Positions 41,962-52,319 of a stretch of 64,000 nucleotides of DNA are shown one piece after another; the stretch's first letter is position 1; each line of letters begins with the position of its first letter. Location of the stretch: positions 5,069 to 69,068 of the forward strand of contig CAJULX010000010.1 in NCBI GenBank assembly GCA_910587245.1, in the 5' to 3' direction. This DNA is from Candidatus Gastranaerophilales bacterium. Lineage in GTDB: Bacteria > Cyanobacteriota > Vampirovibrionia > Gastranaerophilales > Gastranaerophilaceae. A program made the position numbers and the translations under genes. Under the pieces are notes generated by a model. The model was not told where the DNA came from. It did not search any database and saw only the letters and a program-made list of their open reading frames with translations.

Positions 41962-43137
41962 TTATTTTGTAATTAATTGTTCTGCTTCGGATGTTAAATT
42001 TTCATCCAGTATGCTTTTAAACCTTATTGTTTCAAAAACTTCAAGAGCTCTTTTTATGGCTTTATCTATTGAATAATTTTTAAAATCCCCGAGACGGCCC
42101 AGAAAATAAACGTCTTTAAATTTTTTAGCTTCAATTTTATATCTGTTGAATATTTCAAGATTTTTTCCGTTTAAAACAGGGTAAAACCTATCAGTGCCTG
42201 TATTTGGCTTAAAATCTTCTATATATTCTTTTGCAATTACGGTTTTATCGCATTTAATGTTTGAGTAATGTTTAAATTCATGAATCTTTAAAAAATCATG
42301 GTTGTAAGGGTATTTTACAATCCCCGTATTCTGGTAAAACTCTTTGTTTATTTCCGATATTTCAAATTTTGCGCTTTTATATTGCAATATTCCGAACTTA
42401 TAATTAAAAAATTCATCAATTGAACCTGTGTAAAATATTCTGTCAAAGCCGTTTGCATCAATATTTTTAAAATCAATATCAAAAAGTACTTTTATATTTT
42501 TATGGTTTAAAATGTTTTCTATTAATTTTGTATAGCCTGTTTCAGGAATGCCCTGATATTTATCTTTGAATACCCTGTTGTCTTTATCCGTTTGTATGTA
42601 TGCATTTGACAGGTCATATCCTGCGTTGCCCCATTTTTTATCCGCATAGCAGGAAAAGAGTTTTTTATAAAAATAACTTGCAAGAAAATCCAAATCTCTA
42701 TCCCAAAAGAATGGTTTTGTTTTTATATCAAAAATTGAAACCTTTTCCCCGTAACCGTATTTTTTTATAAGTTTGTTTTCAAATTTTGAGGCAAGCTTTT
42801 TTGGGAAAATATCATATATTGAATTTAAATTAAACGGAATATTTGCTTTATTTCCGTCTATTATTACATTTTCTTTATGAAGATACGGAATAAAGGATGC
42901 AAATTTAGATAAATATTTCCATATGTATTCGTAATTTGTATGAAAAATATGCGAGCCGAATTTATGAATATTTATGTTGTTTTTATCTTTATAGTCAAAG
43001 GATAATCCTCCGGGTGCGGAATTTTTATCAATAATTAAAACATCCTCATTCAAAATATTTGCAAGTCTTTCGGCTAAAACAGCTCCTGAAAATCCGCATC
43101 CTGCTATCAGGTTTTTCTTCTTTTTTGAATTAAACAT
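41962..43137 (-). CDS. glf: UDP-galactopyranose mutase
   Basis: 391 aa with an N-terminal GCGFSGAV FAD fold. The length and the YTGSIDEFF and FLGRLGDFKNY motifs are typical of Glf. Confidence 0.85.
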   Translation of the reverse strand: MFNSKKKKNLIAGCGFSGAVLAERLANILNEDVLIIDKNSAPGGLSFDYKDKNNINIHKFGSHIFHTNYEYIWKYLSKFASFIPYLHKENVIIDGNKANIPFNLNSIYDIFPKKLASKFENKLIKKYGYGEKVSIFDIKTKPFFWDRDLDFLASYFYKKLFSCYADKKWGNAGYDLSNAYIQTDKDNRVFKDKYQGIPETGYTKLIENILNHKNIKVLFDIDFKNIDANGFDRIFYTGSIDEFFNYKFGILQYKSAKFEISEINKEFYQNTGIVKYPYNHDFLKIHEFKHYSNIKCDKTVIAKEYIEDFKPNTGTDRFYPVLNGKNLEIFNRYKIEAKKFKDVYFLGRLGDFKNYSIDKAIKRALEVFETIRFKSILDENLTSEAEQLITK

Positions 43138-43270
43138 TATTTGGTATTTACCCTTCTTGACCGTCTTTAAAGATATGTTAAGACGGGGGTTTGTAAATAA
43201 AAATTAGTGACCCGGGCTATATGCTGGATTAAATTTTATATGTGTGATAAAATTAAGTAATCTTAATTTT

Positions 43271-43281
43271 GGGGCGTTAGC
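43271..43281 (+). repeat. upstream partial copy of the tRNA-Ala 5' end
   Basis: TTTGGGGCGTTAGC occurs at 43268-43281 and again at 43352-43365 (start of tRNA-Ala). Confidence 0.75.
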
Positions 43282-43354
43282 CTTGATGAGCATTAAGCCT
43301 GTCAACAAGAAAAACGACTGCGCTCTAAACAAAAACTTTAAAGCTTAATAATTT

Positions 43355-43427
43355 GGGGCGTTAGCGCAGTTGGTAGCGCACGACACTGGCAGTGTCGGGG
43401 TCAGGGGTTCGAATCCCCTACGCTCCA
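43355..43427 (+). tRNA. tRNA-Ala (GGC)
   Basis: 73-nt cloverleaf with acceptor GGGGCGT/ACGCTCC carrying the G3-U70 identity pair. The anticodon loop is CTGGCAG and the T-loop TTCGAAT. Confidence 0.92.
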
Positions 43428-43579
43428 AATTTCTCTTTATCTGAACCCCTAAGCCCCTATCCTTAATAGATTTATAATATAAAGGTCGGAAGATTAAAAC
43501 TAATGTCGGTTGATGAAATATTAAAAAAAATTCTTTAATATTCTATATTTATTTTAATTTTATTGCCAAACTTCATTGA

Positions 43580-43738
43580 CTACTCTGCGGGGTAAATCTT
43601 AAAATCCCCAATAGAGGTTGTTTGATTGCAGGAATTTACCAGTGTTTCAGGTACCGGCTCTTTTTTCTCCATTAATACCATCAGAAAAATAGTTGCCATT
43701 TTCGAGCAGCCTTCATAAAAATTGTTTGTTGTTGTCAT
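43580..43738 (-). CDS. possible small ORF (52 aa)
   Basis: ATG at 43736-43738 (reverse strand) is preceded by AAGGCGGGTGAA. The translation is MTTTNNFYEGCSKMATIFLMVLMEKKEPVPE.... It is below the ORF-track length cut-off and has no homology cue. Confidence 0.25.
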   Translation of the reverse strand: MTTTNNFYEGCSKMATIFLMVLMEKKEPVPETLVNSCNQTTSIGDFKIYPAE

Positions 43739-43967
43739 TTCACCCGCCTTTCTTGGACCTTAAAGAAATTAACATTTGTACTATTTGAATGCAGGTGAAG
43801 AAAATGTATTCTTGACCTGCAGTTTGTATGAAAATATCACCCTTGTAATCTTTTGTTAATAGTCAATTTTTGCGTATTAAAATCGTTGAAAGAAAAACTT
43901 TGCTATTAAATAATAAAAATTGTAATAAAACGTTACAAGAATATCTTAATTGTGCTAAACTTTGATT

Positions 43968-44423
43968 ATGGAAAAAGATTACGGGAAGCTTGCGGAAGAT
44001 AATTTTAAAAAGGGGTACAACTGTGCCCAATCAGTGTGTCTTGCATTTGTAAAAGAAACGGGTTTGAGTGAGGATGTTATTTTAAAACTGTCTTCTTCTT
44101 TTGGCGGCGGAATGGGCAGAATGCGCGAAGTGTGCGGAGCAGTGAGTGCTATGTTTATAATTGCGGGAATTTTAAAGGGGTATAATGCACCAAATGATGA
44201 TGAAGCTAAAACAGCTCATTATAAGCTTATTCAAACCCTTGCGGAAGAATTTAAGGCACGTCATAATTCAATAATCTGCAGGGAACTTTTAGGTCTTGAG
44301 AAAGCGGATGGTGAAGATTTTTCCTTTGTGCCGTCCAAAAGAACGGAAAAATATTATTCAGAGCGCCCCTGTGAAAATTTTGTACGCACCGCTGCAGAAA
44401 TTATCAGCAAAGAACTTATGTAA
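43968..44423 (+). CDS. C_GCAxxG_C_C family redox-active protein
   Basis: ATG 43968 starts the protein. YNCAQSVCLAF, CGAVSA and CREL provide the family-defining cysteines. Confidence 0.8.
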   Translation: MEKDYGKLAEDNFKKGYNCAQSVCLAFVKETGLSEDVILKLSSSFGGGMGRMREVCGAVSAMFIIAGILKGYNAPNDDEAKTAHYKLIQTLAEEFKARHNSIICRELLGLEKADGEDFSFVPSKRTEKYYSERPCENFVRTAAEIISKELM

Positions 44424-44497
44424 ATATAAAAGGAATTGCCCGCAAAAATTTAATTGCAGGCAAGTTCCCTTGTGATGTTCTTAAGATAATGCTTATT

Positions 44498-44848
44498 TTA
44501 TTCTTCTTTTCCTATTTTGTTTATCGGTATGCTTAAGGCAGATAGGATTAATGAGCCTAAAAGCGCGCTCCAAAAGCCTTCAACACTGAAACCGGGAGTT
44601 AAATAGCTTATCAGCATAAATAAAAGTGCGTTGATGACAAGACTAAAAAGCCCCAGGGTAAGCAGATTGATAGGAAGTGTAATCAAATACACAAGCGGCT
44701 TTAAAACGGCATTGATTAATCCCATAATTACTATTGCAATCAATGCGGATTGAATGCCGGATACTTCAATACCCGGAATAAGCCATGCGATAAACAGAAT
44801 AATAAGCGAATATAAGAACCATCTTAAAAGTGTGTATAGCATATTCAC
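44498..44848 (-). CDS. phage holin family IV / DUF360 membrane protein
   Basis: 116 aa with four TM segments. AWLIPGIEV...LLTLGLFSLVINAL...LTPGF is the typical pattern. Confidence 0.75.
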   Translation of the reverse strand: MNMLYTLLRWFLYSLIILFIAWLIPGIEVSGIQSALIAIVIMGLINAVLKPLVYLITLPINLLTLGLFSLVINALLFMLISYLTPGFSVEGFWSALLGSLILSALSIPINKIGKEE

Positions 44849-45030
44849 CCCTTTATCCTTTCTTCATGATTATTTTTTCAGATTTTTTTGATTGTTAAAT
44901 TGCCTAAAAGTGTAATATTTTGCGTATTATAACCTGAAATATCATTTGGCTTTAAATAATGACGGAAATTAACAGGATTTTTAAATATTCAAAATCTATG
45001 GTAAAATTTCTTTATTGATAGGATTTTTTT

Positions 45031-45621
45031 ATGACGATATTAAAGATATTAAGCTACGGAAACCCGATTTTAAGACAAAAATCAAAAGAAGTAAGCAAGA
45101 TTTCAAAAAAGATAAGAACCTTGATAGAAAACATGCTGGATACCATGTATTCCGCAAACGGTGTCGGGCTTGCAGCTCCTCAGGTAGGGGAAAATTTAAG
45201 AATATTTGTAATTGATGTTTCAAAAGAAAATGAACCTTATAATCCGCTTGTTTTTGTAAATCCCAAGATTATTAAAAAAAGCGGAGCAATTTGTGTTAAA
45301 GAAGGCTGTTTGAGTTTTCCCGAGGCATATGTAAATGTCAGACGCTATTCCGATGTTATGGTAAAGGCTCTTGATATCAACGGAAGACCGTTTGTTATGG
45401 AGGCAAAAAACGGCGAGCTTCTCGCTTATGCCATTCAGCATGAAAACGACCATCTTGACGGAATTTTATTTGTTGACCATTCAAGAAATATTTTTGAAGC
45501 TACAGAAGCTTTAAGCAAGCATAACCTGCCTCAGCTTGAAGAAGACAGGCTGATTGATGAGCCCGAGCTTGAAGAACAGATTCTGGCATCTGAAAATGCA
45601 GATAAGACAAAGGAGCAATAA
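45031..45621 (+). CDS. def: peptide deformylase (with acidic C-terminal extension)
   Basis: 196 aa with GVGLAAPQVG, EGCLSFP and HENDHLDG. Confidence 0.93.
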   Translation: MTILKILSYGNPILRQKSKEVSKISKKIRTLIENMLDTMYSANGVGLAAPQVGENLRIFVIDVSKENEPYNPLVFVNPKIIKKSGAICVKEGCLSFPEAYVNVRRYSDVMVKALDINGRPFVMEAKNGELLAYAIQHENDHLDGILFVDHSRNIFEATEALSKHNLPQLEEDRLIDEPELEEQILASENADKTKEQ

Positions 45622-46605
45622 TTGAAGGACGGCTCAAAAATAAAAGTTGTATTTTTCGGCAGTCCTGATATTGCCGTTCCTTCATTTGAAAAACTCATTA
45701 ATTCTGATGAATTTGAAGTGATGGCGCTTGTAACCCAGCCTCCGAAACCCTCAAAAAGAGGCAAAAAAATAACGGATTCCAATATCAAAAAAACTGCACT
45801 TGAAAAAGGAATTGATATTCTTGAACCGGTTAAGCTTTCAAAAGAACCCGAAATGATTGAAAAATTAAAATCTTATGAGGCGGATTTTTTTGTTACATTT
45901 GCTTTCGGACAAATTTTATCACAGGAAGTGCTTGATATACCAAAATTTCACACGGTTAATCTCCATGCAAGCCTGCTTCCAAAATACAGGGGTGCAAATC
46001 CTATCTGTGCGGCACTGCTTTCGGGAGACACCGAAACGGGTATTACAACAATGATAACAGTTTTAGAGCTTGATGCTGGTGATATTTGCCTTACGGAAAA
46101 AATTGCACTTGATTGCGATACGGATTTTATTAAATTATCGGATGAAATTTCAAAAAAATCTCCGAATTTAATCATAAAAACTTTAAAAGGCTTGTATGAC
46201 AACAGCATAAAGCCTGTTCCTCAGGATTCTGCCGCTGCTACTTTTACAAAAAAGCTTAAAAAAGAAGATAAAGAACTTTGTTTTGGATATCTTACCGAAC
46301 ATGTGCATAACAAAGTAAGAGCATTTTGCGGAGTAAATACCTGTCATTTTGTTTACAATGATAAAATCGTTAAGGTTTTAAAAACCGGAAGATGTTACGG
46401 CGACAGCGATTATGCTAAATTTGATTTTGGCGAGGTTATTTCCGTTTCAAAAGAGGGTATATGTGTCAGATGCATTGACGGTGCCGTAATGATTAAAACC
46501 GTTAAGCCTGAAGGAAAGGGCGAAATGCCTGCGTATGCGTGGTCTTTGGGTTCAAAGATAAAAACGGGTGATTTTATCGGAATTAAAGATGAGGATATAA
46601 AATAA
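45622..46605 (+). CDS. fmt: methionyl-tRNA formyltransferase
   Basis: 327 aa, TTG start directly after the def stop. It has VVFFGSPD and NLHASLLPKYRGANPI. Confidence 0.93.
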   Translation: MKDGSKIKVVFFGSPDIAVPSFEKLINSDEFEVMALVTQPPKPSKRGKKITDSNIKKTALEKGIDILEPVKLSKEPEMIEKLKSYEADFFVTFAFGQILSQEVLDIPKFHTVNLHASLLPKYRGANPICAALLSGDTETGITTMITVLELDAGDICLTEKIALDCDTDFIKLSDEISKKSPNLIIKTLKGLYDNSIKPVPQDSAAATFTKKLKKEDKELCFGYLTEHVHNKVRAFCGVNTCHFVYNDKIVKVLKTGRCYGDSDYAKFDFGEVISVSKEGICVRCIDGAVMIKTVKPEGKGEMPAYAWSLGSKIKTGDFIGIKDEDIK

Positions 46606-46985
46606 TGAATGCTGCAACGAGGGGAGTAAGAGGGGCAACGGTTGTTCTTTCAAATACGGCGGAAGATATCGAAAAAGCAACGGTTGAACTTGTGAGTGAA
46701 ATTTTAAAAAGAAACAATGTCAAAATTTCCGATATTGCTTTTGCGGTTTTTACGCTTACAAAAGATTTAAATGCAGCTTTTCCCGCTAAATTTGCAAGGC
46801 TTGACTGCGGTTTTGATTTGGTGCCAATGATGTGTTATCAGGAGCTTGATGTACCAAATTCAATTGAAAAATGCCTCAGGGTGCTAATTGTTGTAAATAC
46901 TGATTTAGGGCAAAATGAAATAAATCATGTGTATCTAAAGGGTGCAAAGGCTCTAAGGGTTGATTTGGAACGGGATACACATTAA
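46605..46985 (+). CDS. aroH: chorismate mutase, AroH class
   Basis: 126 aa. RGVRGATVV, LNAAFPAKFAR and the HVYL pattern match monofunctional AroH. Confidence 0.85.
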   Translation: MNAATRGVRGATVVLSNTAEDIEKATVELVSEILKRNNVKISDIAFAVFTLTKDLNAAFPAKFARLDCGFDLVPMMCYQELDVPNSIEKCLRVLIVVNTDLGQNEINHVYLKGAKALRVDLERDTH

Positions 46986-47012
46986 AAATATTAAATAACG
47001 GGGTTAAATAAA

Positions 47013-48347
47013 ATGGCAAAAATTGTTGAAAAAAAATTGGTTGAATATCCTTATCTGCCTGAACCTTTAAGGATTATAACTTTTGATAACGGTCACAAAC
47101 TTGTGCTTGCAAAAAAAGAAAGCCCGATGGTGAATATCAGCACATGGGTAAAAACCGGCTCAATTAATGAAAATGAAGATAATAACGGTGTTTCGCATTT
47201 TCTTGAACATCTTATGTTTAAAGGCACTCATAAATATAAAGCGGGTGAATTTGACTGTACGCTGGAGCGCAAGGGCGGAATAATAAATGCTGCCACCTGG
47301 AAAGATTATACATTTTATTATGTTACAATCCCAAAAAAACATCTGGAACTTGCATTACATATGCATGCCGATATGATGGTTGACCCTGTTCTGCCTGATT
47401 ATGAGATAGGACAGGCTTTTGACCCGAGCGGTGCAATCCCCAAAGACGGCCGCGAAAGATGTGTTGTTATTGAAGAAATAAGAATGGGGCAGGATAGAAG
47501 CTGGCGCAAGGTGTATGATAAATTAAACGACAAAATGTATGAAAAACACCCTTATAAAAGAAATGTTATCGGTACAAAAGAAATCATAGCAAGGATTTCA
47601 AGAGATGACATTATGGCTTATTATCAAAATTTTTATACGCCTAAAAATATGACAACAATTGTGGTAGGGCAGTTTGATGATGAAAATATCATAAATAAAA
47701 TAACGGAAGAGTTTAAATTCCAAAATAATATCCCGAAAAAACTTTTATCACCCGATGAAAGAGAAATTGAAACCTCTATTAAAAATCCGGTTATTTTAAA
47801 TGAAGAAGCTGAAATTCAAACGGGTTATATTATGTTCGGTTTTTTAGCAGACAGAGCAAGAAATTTAAAGGAAACAATTTCGCTTGATTTAATTTCGGTT
47901 ATTTTGGGTGAAGGAAAAAGTTCCAGATTTAATCATAAGTTTATTGAAACTCCCGAAAAACCCCACTTTTATCAGATTGATACCTGCCATTATCAATTTA
48001 AAGACGGGGATAACTTCTTTGTTGAAGCAAATTTTGACCCTTCATTTAAAGATGAAGTTATAAAAGAAATTCAGGATGAACTTGACTGTCTTAAGAAAAT
48101 TAAAGATGATGAACTTGAAAAGGCTAAAAAGCGCTTAAAGGTTAACTTTGCGGAAAGTGCAGAGACGGTTTCAGAAATTGCGGATACAATCGGGCATTAT
48201 ATGACCGTAATGGAGGATGTAGCGCTTGCAAATGAATATTTAAAAGTGCTTAATGAGATTGATACGGAATATTTGGAAGAAATTGTTGAAAAATATTTAA
48301 CAAAAGACAAATGTTCAATAAGTGTTTTAATGCCAAAAAAGGCGTAA
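47013..48347 (+). CDS. M16 (pitrilysin) family zinc peptidase
   Basis: 444 aa with the inverted zinc motif HFLEH and a downstream Glu. Confidence 0.88.
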   Translation: MAKIVEKKLVEYPYLPEPLRIITFDNGHKLVLAKKESPMVNISTWVKTGSINENEDNNGVSHFLEHLMFKGTHKYKAGEFDCTLERKGGIINAATWKDYTFYYVTIPKKHLELALHMHADMMVDPVLPDYEIGQAFDPSGAIPKDGRERCVVIEEIRMGQDRSWRKVYDKLNDKMYEKHPYKRNVIGTKEIIARISRDDIMAYYQNFYTPKNMTTIVVGQFDDENIINKITEEFKFQNNIPKKLLSPDEREIETSIKNPVILNEEAEIQTGYIMFGFLADRARNLKETISLDLISVILGEGKSSRFNHKFIETPEKPHFYQIDTCHYQFKDGDNFFVEANFDPSFKDEVIKEIQDELDCLKKIKDDELEKAKKRLKVNFAESAETVSEIADTIGHYMTVMEDVALANEYLKVLNEIDTEYLEEIVEKYLTKDKCSISVLMPKKA

Positions 48348-48358
48348 ATTGAGGAGAT

Positions 48359-49600
48359 TTGGCGATGAAATTAATTCAGAAAGATAATATTGATATAATT
48401 TTACAAAATACAAAAAATACCCCCAGAATGGCAGTGTGCACTTATTTTTCACTGGATATTCCCGAAAAATATGCAGGGGTTTACACGCTTTTTTCAAAAC
48501 TTCTTTTAAAAGGCACTAAGACCCGTTCTGCTGAGGATTTGGCAAACATTATAGAATCAAACGGTATTGAAACATCTGTTAAATGTAAACAGGATTATAT
48601 AAAGGTTTCAACTCTATTCTTAAATGAAGATTTTGACCTTGCGCTCGATGTTTTGTCTGACATTTTGCAAAATTCAACGTTTGAAAATTTTGAAAAAGAG
48701 GTGTTTAAATTAAAAGGAGAAATTGTATCCGATCTTGATTCTCCGCAGGTTAAAGCCTCGGATGCTCTTATAGAAAAAATTTACGAAAATCATTATTACG
48801 GAAATTCTTTATCCAAAACTTTAAATGATGTTGATAAAATTCAAAAGCAGGACGTGGTTGATGTTTTATCCCAAATTATGAATTCTAAAAAAGTTATATC
48901 AATTGCGGGTGATTTTAATGACGAAGAAAAGCTTGTTGATTATATAGTTAAAAAATTTAATTTTATGAAATCAAGCGAAAGTGTATCGAAAATATCCGAT
49001 ATACCGGCTTTAAATCTTCCTAACAGAGATGAAATTATAAAAATTGTTAAAAATGATGCAAAGCAGGCGCAGATATTTAAGGGAATGATTGTGGATACAC
49101 AATTTAGCGAGGATTATCCTAAAATTGTCGTTATGAATAATATTCTGGGTTCTTCCGGTCTTTCTTCGAGACTTTTTGTCGAACTTCGCGACAAACAGGG
49201 ACTCGCATATACCGTAAGAAGTGCGCTTGAACCATTGCGTCATTCTTCGCTATTTTATTTTTATATCGGAACGGAGCCTAAAAATATAGAAAAATCTCTT
49301 GAAGGTTTTAAAATTGAAGCTGGTAAAATGGCAAAAGATTATGTATCCGATATTGAATTATCAGGTGCAAAAGAAAATATTCTGGGGCGTCTTGAATATT
49401 TTTCACAGACTAATATGCAGCTTGCTTCCATCGCAGGGTATGATTATATTATGGGGCTCGGGCTCAACTATGAAGAAAAATATAAAGAAATGCTCAACAA
49501 AGTAACAAAAGAGGATGTTTTAAACATTGCTCAAAAATACCTTTTGAATCCTGCGGTAATTTCCGTTCTTGCTCCCGAAGAGTATTTGAAAAATATTTAG
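48359..49600 (+). CDS. M16 family peptidase partner subunit (no HxxEH)
   Basis: 413 aa with the M16 fold pattern but lacking the zinc motif. It is adjacent to the catalytic paralogue. The start may be ATG 48365. Confidence 0.8.
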   Translation: MAMKLIQKDNIDIILQNTKNTPRMAVCTYFSLDIPEKYAGVYTLFSKLLLKGTKTRSAEDLANIIESNGIETSVKCKQDYIKVSTLFLNEDFDLALDVLSDILQNSTFENFEKEVFKLKGEIVSDLDSPQVKASDALIEKIYENHYYGNSLSKTLNDVDKIQKQDVVDVLSQIMNSKKVISIAGDFNDEEKLVDYIVKKFNFMKSSESVSKISDIPALNLPNRDEIIKIVKNDAKQAQIFKGMIVDTQFSEDYPKIVVMNNILGSSGLSSRLFVELRDKQGLAYTVRSALEPLRHSSLFYFYIGTEPKNIEKSLEGFKIEAGKMAKDYVSDIELSGAKENILGRLEYFSQTNMQLASIAGYDYIMGLGLNYEEKYKEMLNKVTKEDVLNIAQKYLLNPAVISVLAPEEYLKNI

Positions 49601-49696
49601 CGGATATTTGAATTTTTAAGAAAGTGTTAAAAATTTGCATGTTTTTTCACCCTAAATTAGAATTATAATAACCGGATTTTATACAGGTAAAATGTT

Positions 49697-51292
49697 TTGA
49701 GCAGTGATATTAAAAATATAAACAGAGAAATTGATAAACTGAAAAGAAACGGCGAAATTCAAAAGGCTATTGAATATTGCCAGACTATTCTTATAAAAGA
49801 GCCAAACAGGTATGATTTGCATGTGCGCCTTGGTGATCTTTATATGGATTGGCATCTTGATGTTTATCAGGCAAAGCAATATATTGATGAGGCTATAACT
49901 CAGTATCAAAGGGCATCAGAAGCTTTAATTGATAACGGTGAAATTTATTATAAAATAGGGTTTGCTTTCTTTCACAAAGGTGAATTAGATCGTGCAATAA
50001 ATTATTTTAATCTTGCAATAAAAAACGGTGCAAACAGGGCACAGTGCCATTATATGATGGCACAGGCACTGAAAAAGAAAGACAGGTATACCGATGCTCT
50101 TGAAGAAGCAAACAACGCTTTAAGGTTTACGTTTTTTAAATCTTCAAGAATTCACTATTTAAAGCACAGGCTGCTAAAAGTTTTGTTTTTTTCTTCGTTT
50201 AAAACGAAATTTCAAAGCAATATCGAGCTGCTTTTATCGTACATTTTTCTGCCTTTTGATAAAGAGGCAAAGAAAGAGTTTTTCCAGAAATTAAAAATTA
50301 TTGTAATATTTCCTGATTTAGTAAGGGCTTTTTATCTTTGCAAGCTTAAAGATTTTGATAAAGCTATTGAATATTACATAAAAATGATTGATAAAATTCC
50401 CGGGTTTACTCCTTTATACTGTCTTCTCGGGGATATTTACAGAGCAATAGGAAAACACGAAGAAGCCATTATTGAATACAAAATGGCACGCTGGATTGAT
50501 TCACTATGCTTTAGTGCCTATTCGGGGCTTGTTCAGGCATATGAAGAAATGGGTGATTATGATAACGCTATATCAACTTATTTGAAATTTATTTCAATTC
50601 ACCCGAATAATGCTATTTTACACAGTAATATCGCAAATCTATATTTTATGAAGGGTGAATACGAACAGGCTGTATCTCATTATCAAAGTGCAATTACCCT
50701 AAATCCAAAACAGGATTGGACAAGTATTGTGGCACAGACTCTAGGGTATGTTCAGCAGAATGTTATTAAAAATACGGATGCTGCCATTGAAGCTTTTCAG
50801 TCCGCTTATCTTTTAACGCCCAAGGAACTGGATGTTTATATAAGTTTAGGGTCTGCTTTTTATGATAAAGAAGACTATAAAAATGCTCTTATAATCTATA
50901 GAAGGGCGCTTGAATTAGAACCGAACAATGCCAAAATTCATTGTAATTTGGGATATTTATACTGGGGTATGGGTGAATTGACCGAGGCTGTTAAGGAATA
51001 TGAGCTTTCAATTAAAAATGACCCGGGATATGCAATTGCCCACAACAATTTAGGTGTAATTTATCTTGATGACTTAGCACATATTCAAAAAGCTGCGGAT
51101 TGTTTCAGAGCTGCTATTGCTGCTAATCCTAATTATGCACTTGCGTATTATAACCTTGCAAGGTCTTTATCCATCAAGGGTGAAAAAGTTGAAGCCGCTA
51201 AATTCTTCCAGATTGCACATGATGTGAACAGCATTACAAACGAGATTGACCCGATGGAAATTCAGGACAGGCTTAATAATTTGTTTGAATAG
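49697..51292 (+). CDS. tetratricopeptide-repeat protein
   Basis: 531 aa with many A-x-x-x-Y-x-x-A-I-x-L-x-P-N units. Confidence 0.8.
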   Translation: MSSDIKNINREIDKLKRNGEIQKAIEYCQTILIKEPNRYDLHVRLGDLYMDWHLDVYQAKQYIDEAITQYQRASEALIDNGEIYYKIGFAFFHKGELDRAINYFNLAIKNGANRAQCHYMMAQALKKKDRYTDALEEANNALRFTFFKSSRIHYLKHRLLKVLFFSSFKTKFQSNIELLLSYIFLPFDKEAKKEFFQKLKIIVIFPDLVRAFYLCKLKDFDKAIEYYIKMIDKIPGFTPLYCLLGDIYRAIGKHEEAIIEYKMARWIDSLCFSAYSGLVQAYEEMGDYDNAISTYLKFISIHPNNAILHSNIANLYFMKGEYEQAVSHYQSAITLNPKQDWTSIVAQTLGYVQQNVIKNTDAAIEAFQSAYLLTPKELDVYISLGSAFYDKEDYKNALIIYRRALELEPNNAKIHCNLGYLYWGMGELTEAVKEYELSIKNDPGYAIAHNNLGVIYLDDLAHIQKAADCFRAAIAANPNYALAYYNLARSLSIKGEKVEAAKFFQIAHDVNSITNEIDPMEIQDRLNNLFE

Positions 51293-51347
51293 GATTAAGT
51301 CCGAGGATTAATTTAAAATCGGGCTGTATAATTGTAAAGTTTCTATT

Positions 51348-52316
51348 ATGTCGATATGGGTTTTTATTTTAAAAAGAATAATACAAAGCTTGCCTATAAT
51401 TGTGATAGTTTCAATTATAAGCTTCTTTTTGATACGTCTTTCGCCTGTTGACCCGCTTGCGGAGCTAAAATTAAATCCTTCAATTTCGAAAGAAACTCTT
51501 GAACATGAAAAACAGAGATTGGGTCTTGATAAGCCTGTATATGTTCAATATGTATACTGGGCAAAGAATTTTATAAAAGGCGATATGGGAACAAGCGTTA
51601 CAGGTGAGCTTGTTTCATCAAAAATTAAAGAAAGAGTTCTAAACACCCTGATTTTATCTTTTAGTGTATTATTCTGGACATGGGCAATAGGAATTCCTAT
51701 AGGGGTTATTGCCGCATTGAACTACAGAAGTGCATATGACAGGCTTTTAACCATTTTTTCATCAATAGGTATGGCAATTCCGTCATTTTTCTTTGCAATT
51801 TTATTGTTGATTTTTGCGCAGAAAACAGGCTGGTTCCCAATCGGCGGTTTAACAAGCGCCAATTTTTACAATATGAATATTCTTGAAAAAACATTGGATG
51901 TAATGCATCATCTTTTTCTGCCCACGCTTGTTTTAACAACCATTTCTCTTGCGGGGCTTTCCCGCCAGATGAGAGCAAATCTTCTGGATGTTTTGGACAG
52001 TGATTATGTAAAATTTGCGCGCGCAAAAGGACTTCCCAATTATAAAGTTATAATTAAACATGCCTTAAGAAATGCCATAAACCCGCTTGTCACAATGCTT
52101 GGATTTGAATTTGCGGGATTGTTATCAGGTGCCGCTTTAACGGAATATGTTTTTCAATATCCCGGGCTCGGGCGTCTTATTCTTGAAGCGGTTTTAAAAT
52201 CAGATATTAATCTTGTTATGGCAAGCCTTATGATAGGGTCTTTTATGCTTATTTTAGGGAATATTCTGGCGGATATTCTGCTGAAATTAACTGACCCGAG
52301 GGTAAAGGTAGGGTAA
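51348..52316 (+). CDS. ABC transporter permease (OppB/DppB type)
   Basis: 322 aa with six TM segments and the EAA-loop region DYVKFARAKGL. Confidence 0.9.
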   Translation: MSIWVFILKRIIQSLPIIVIVSIISFFLIRLSPVDPLAELKLNPSISKETLEHEKQRLGLDKPVYVQYVYWAKNFIKGDMGTSVTGELVSSKIKERVLNTLILSFSVLFWTWAIGIPIGVIAALNYRSAYDRLLTIFSSIGMAIPSFFFAILLLIFAQKTGWFPIGGLTSANFYNMNILEKTLDVMHHLFLPTLVLTTISLAGLSRQMRANLLDVLDSDYVKFARAKGLPNYKVIIKHALRNAINPLVTMLGFEFAGLLSGAALTEYVFQYPGLGRLILEAVLKSDINLVMASLMIGSFMLILGNILADILLKLTDPRVKVG

Positions 52317-52319
52317 ACT

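Noticed and set aside
43430-43960. Mobile element or island integrated next to tRNA-Ala
   Set aside because: The 530-bp gap has no integrase, no tRNA 3'-end repeat and only one weak 52-codon ORF. It looks like a plain AT-rich intergenic region.
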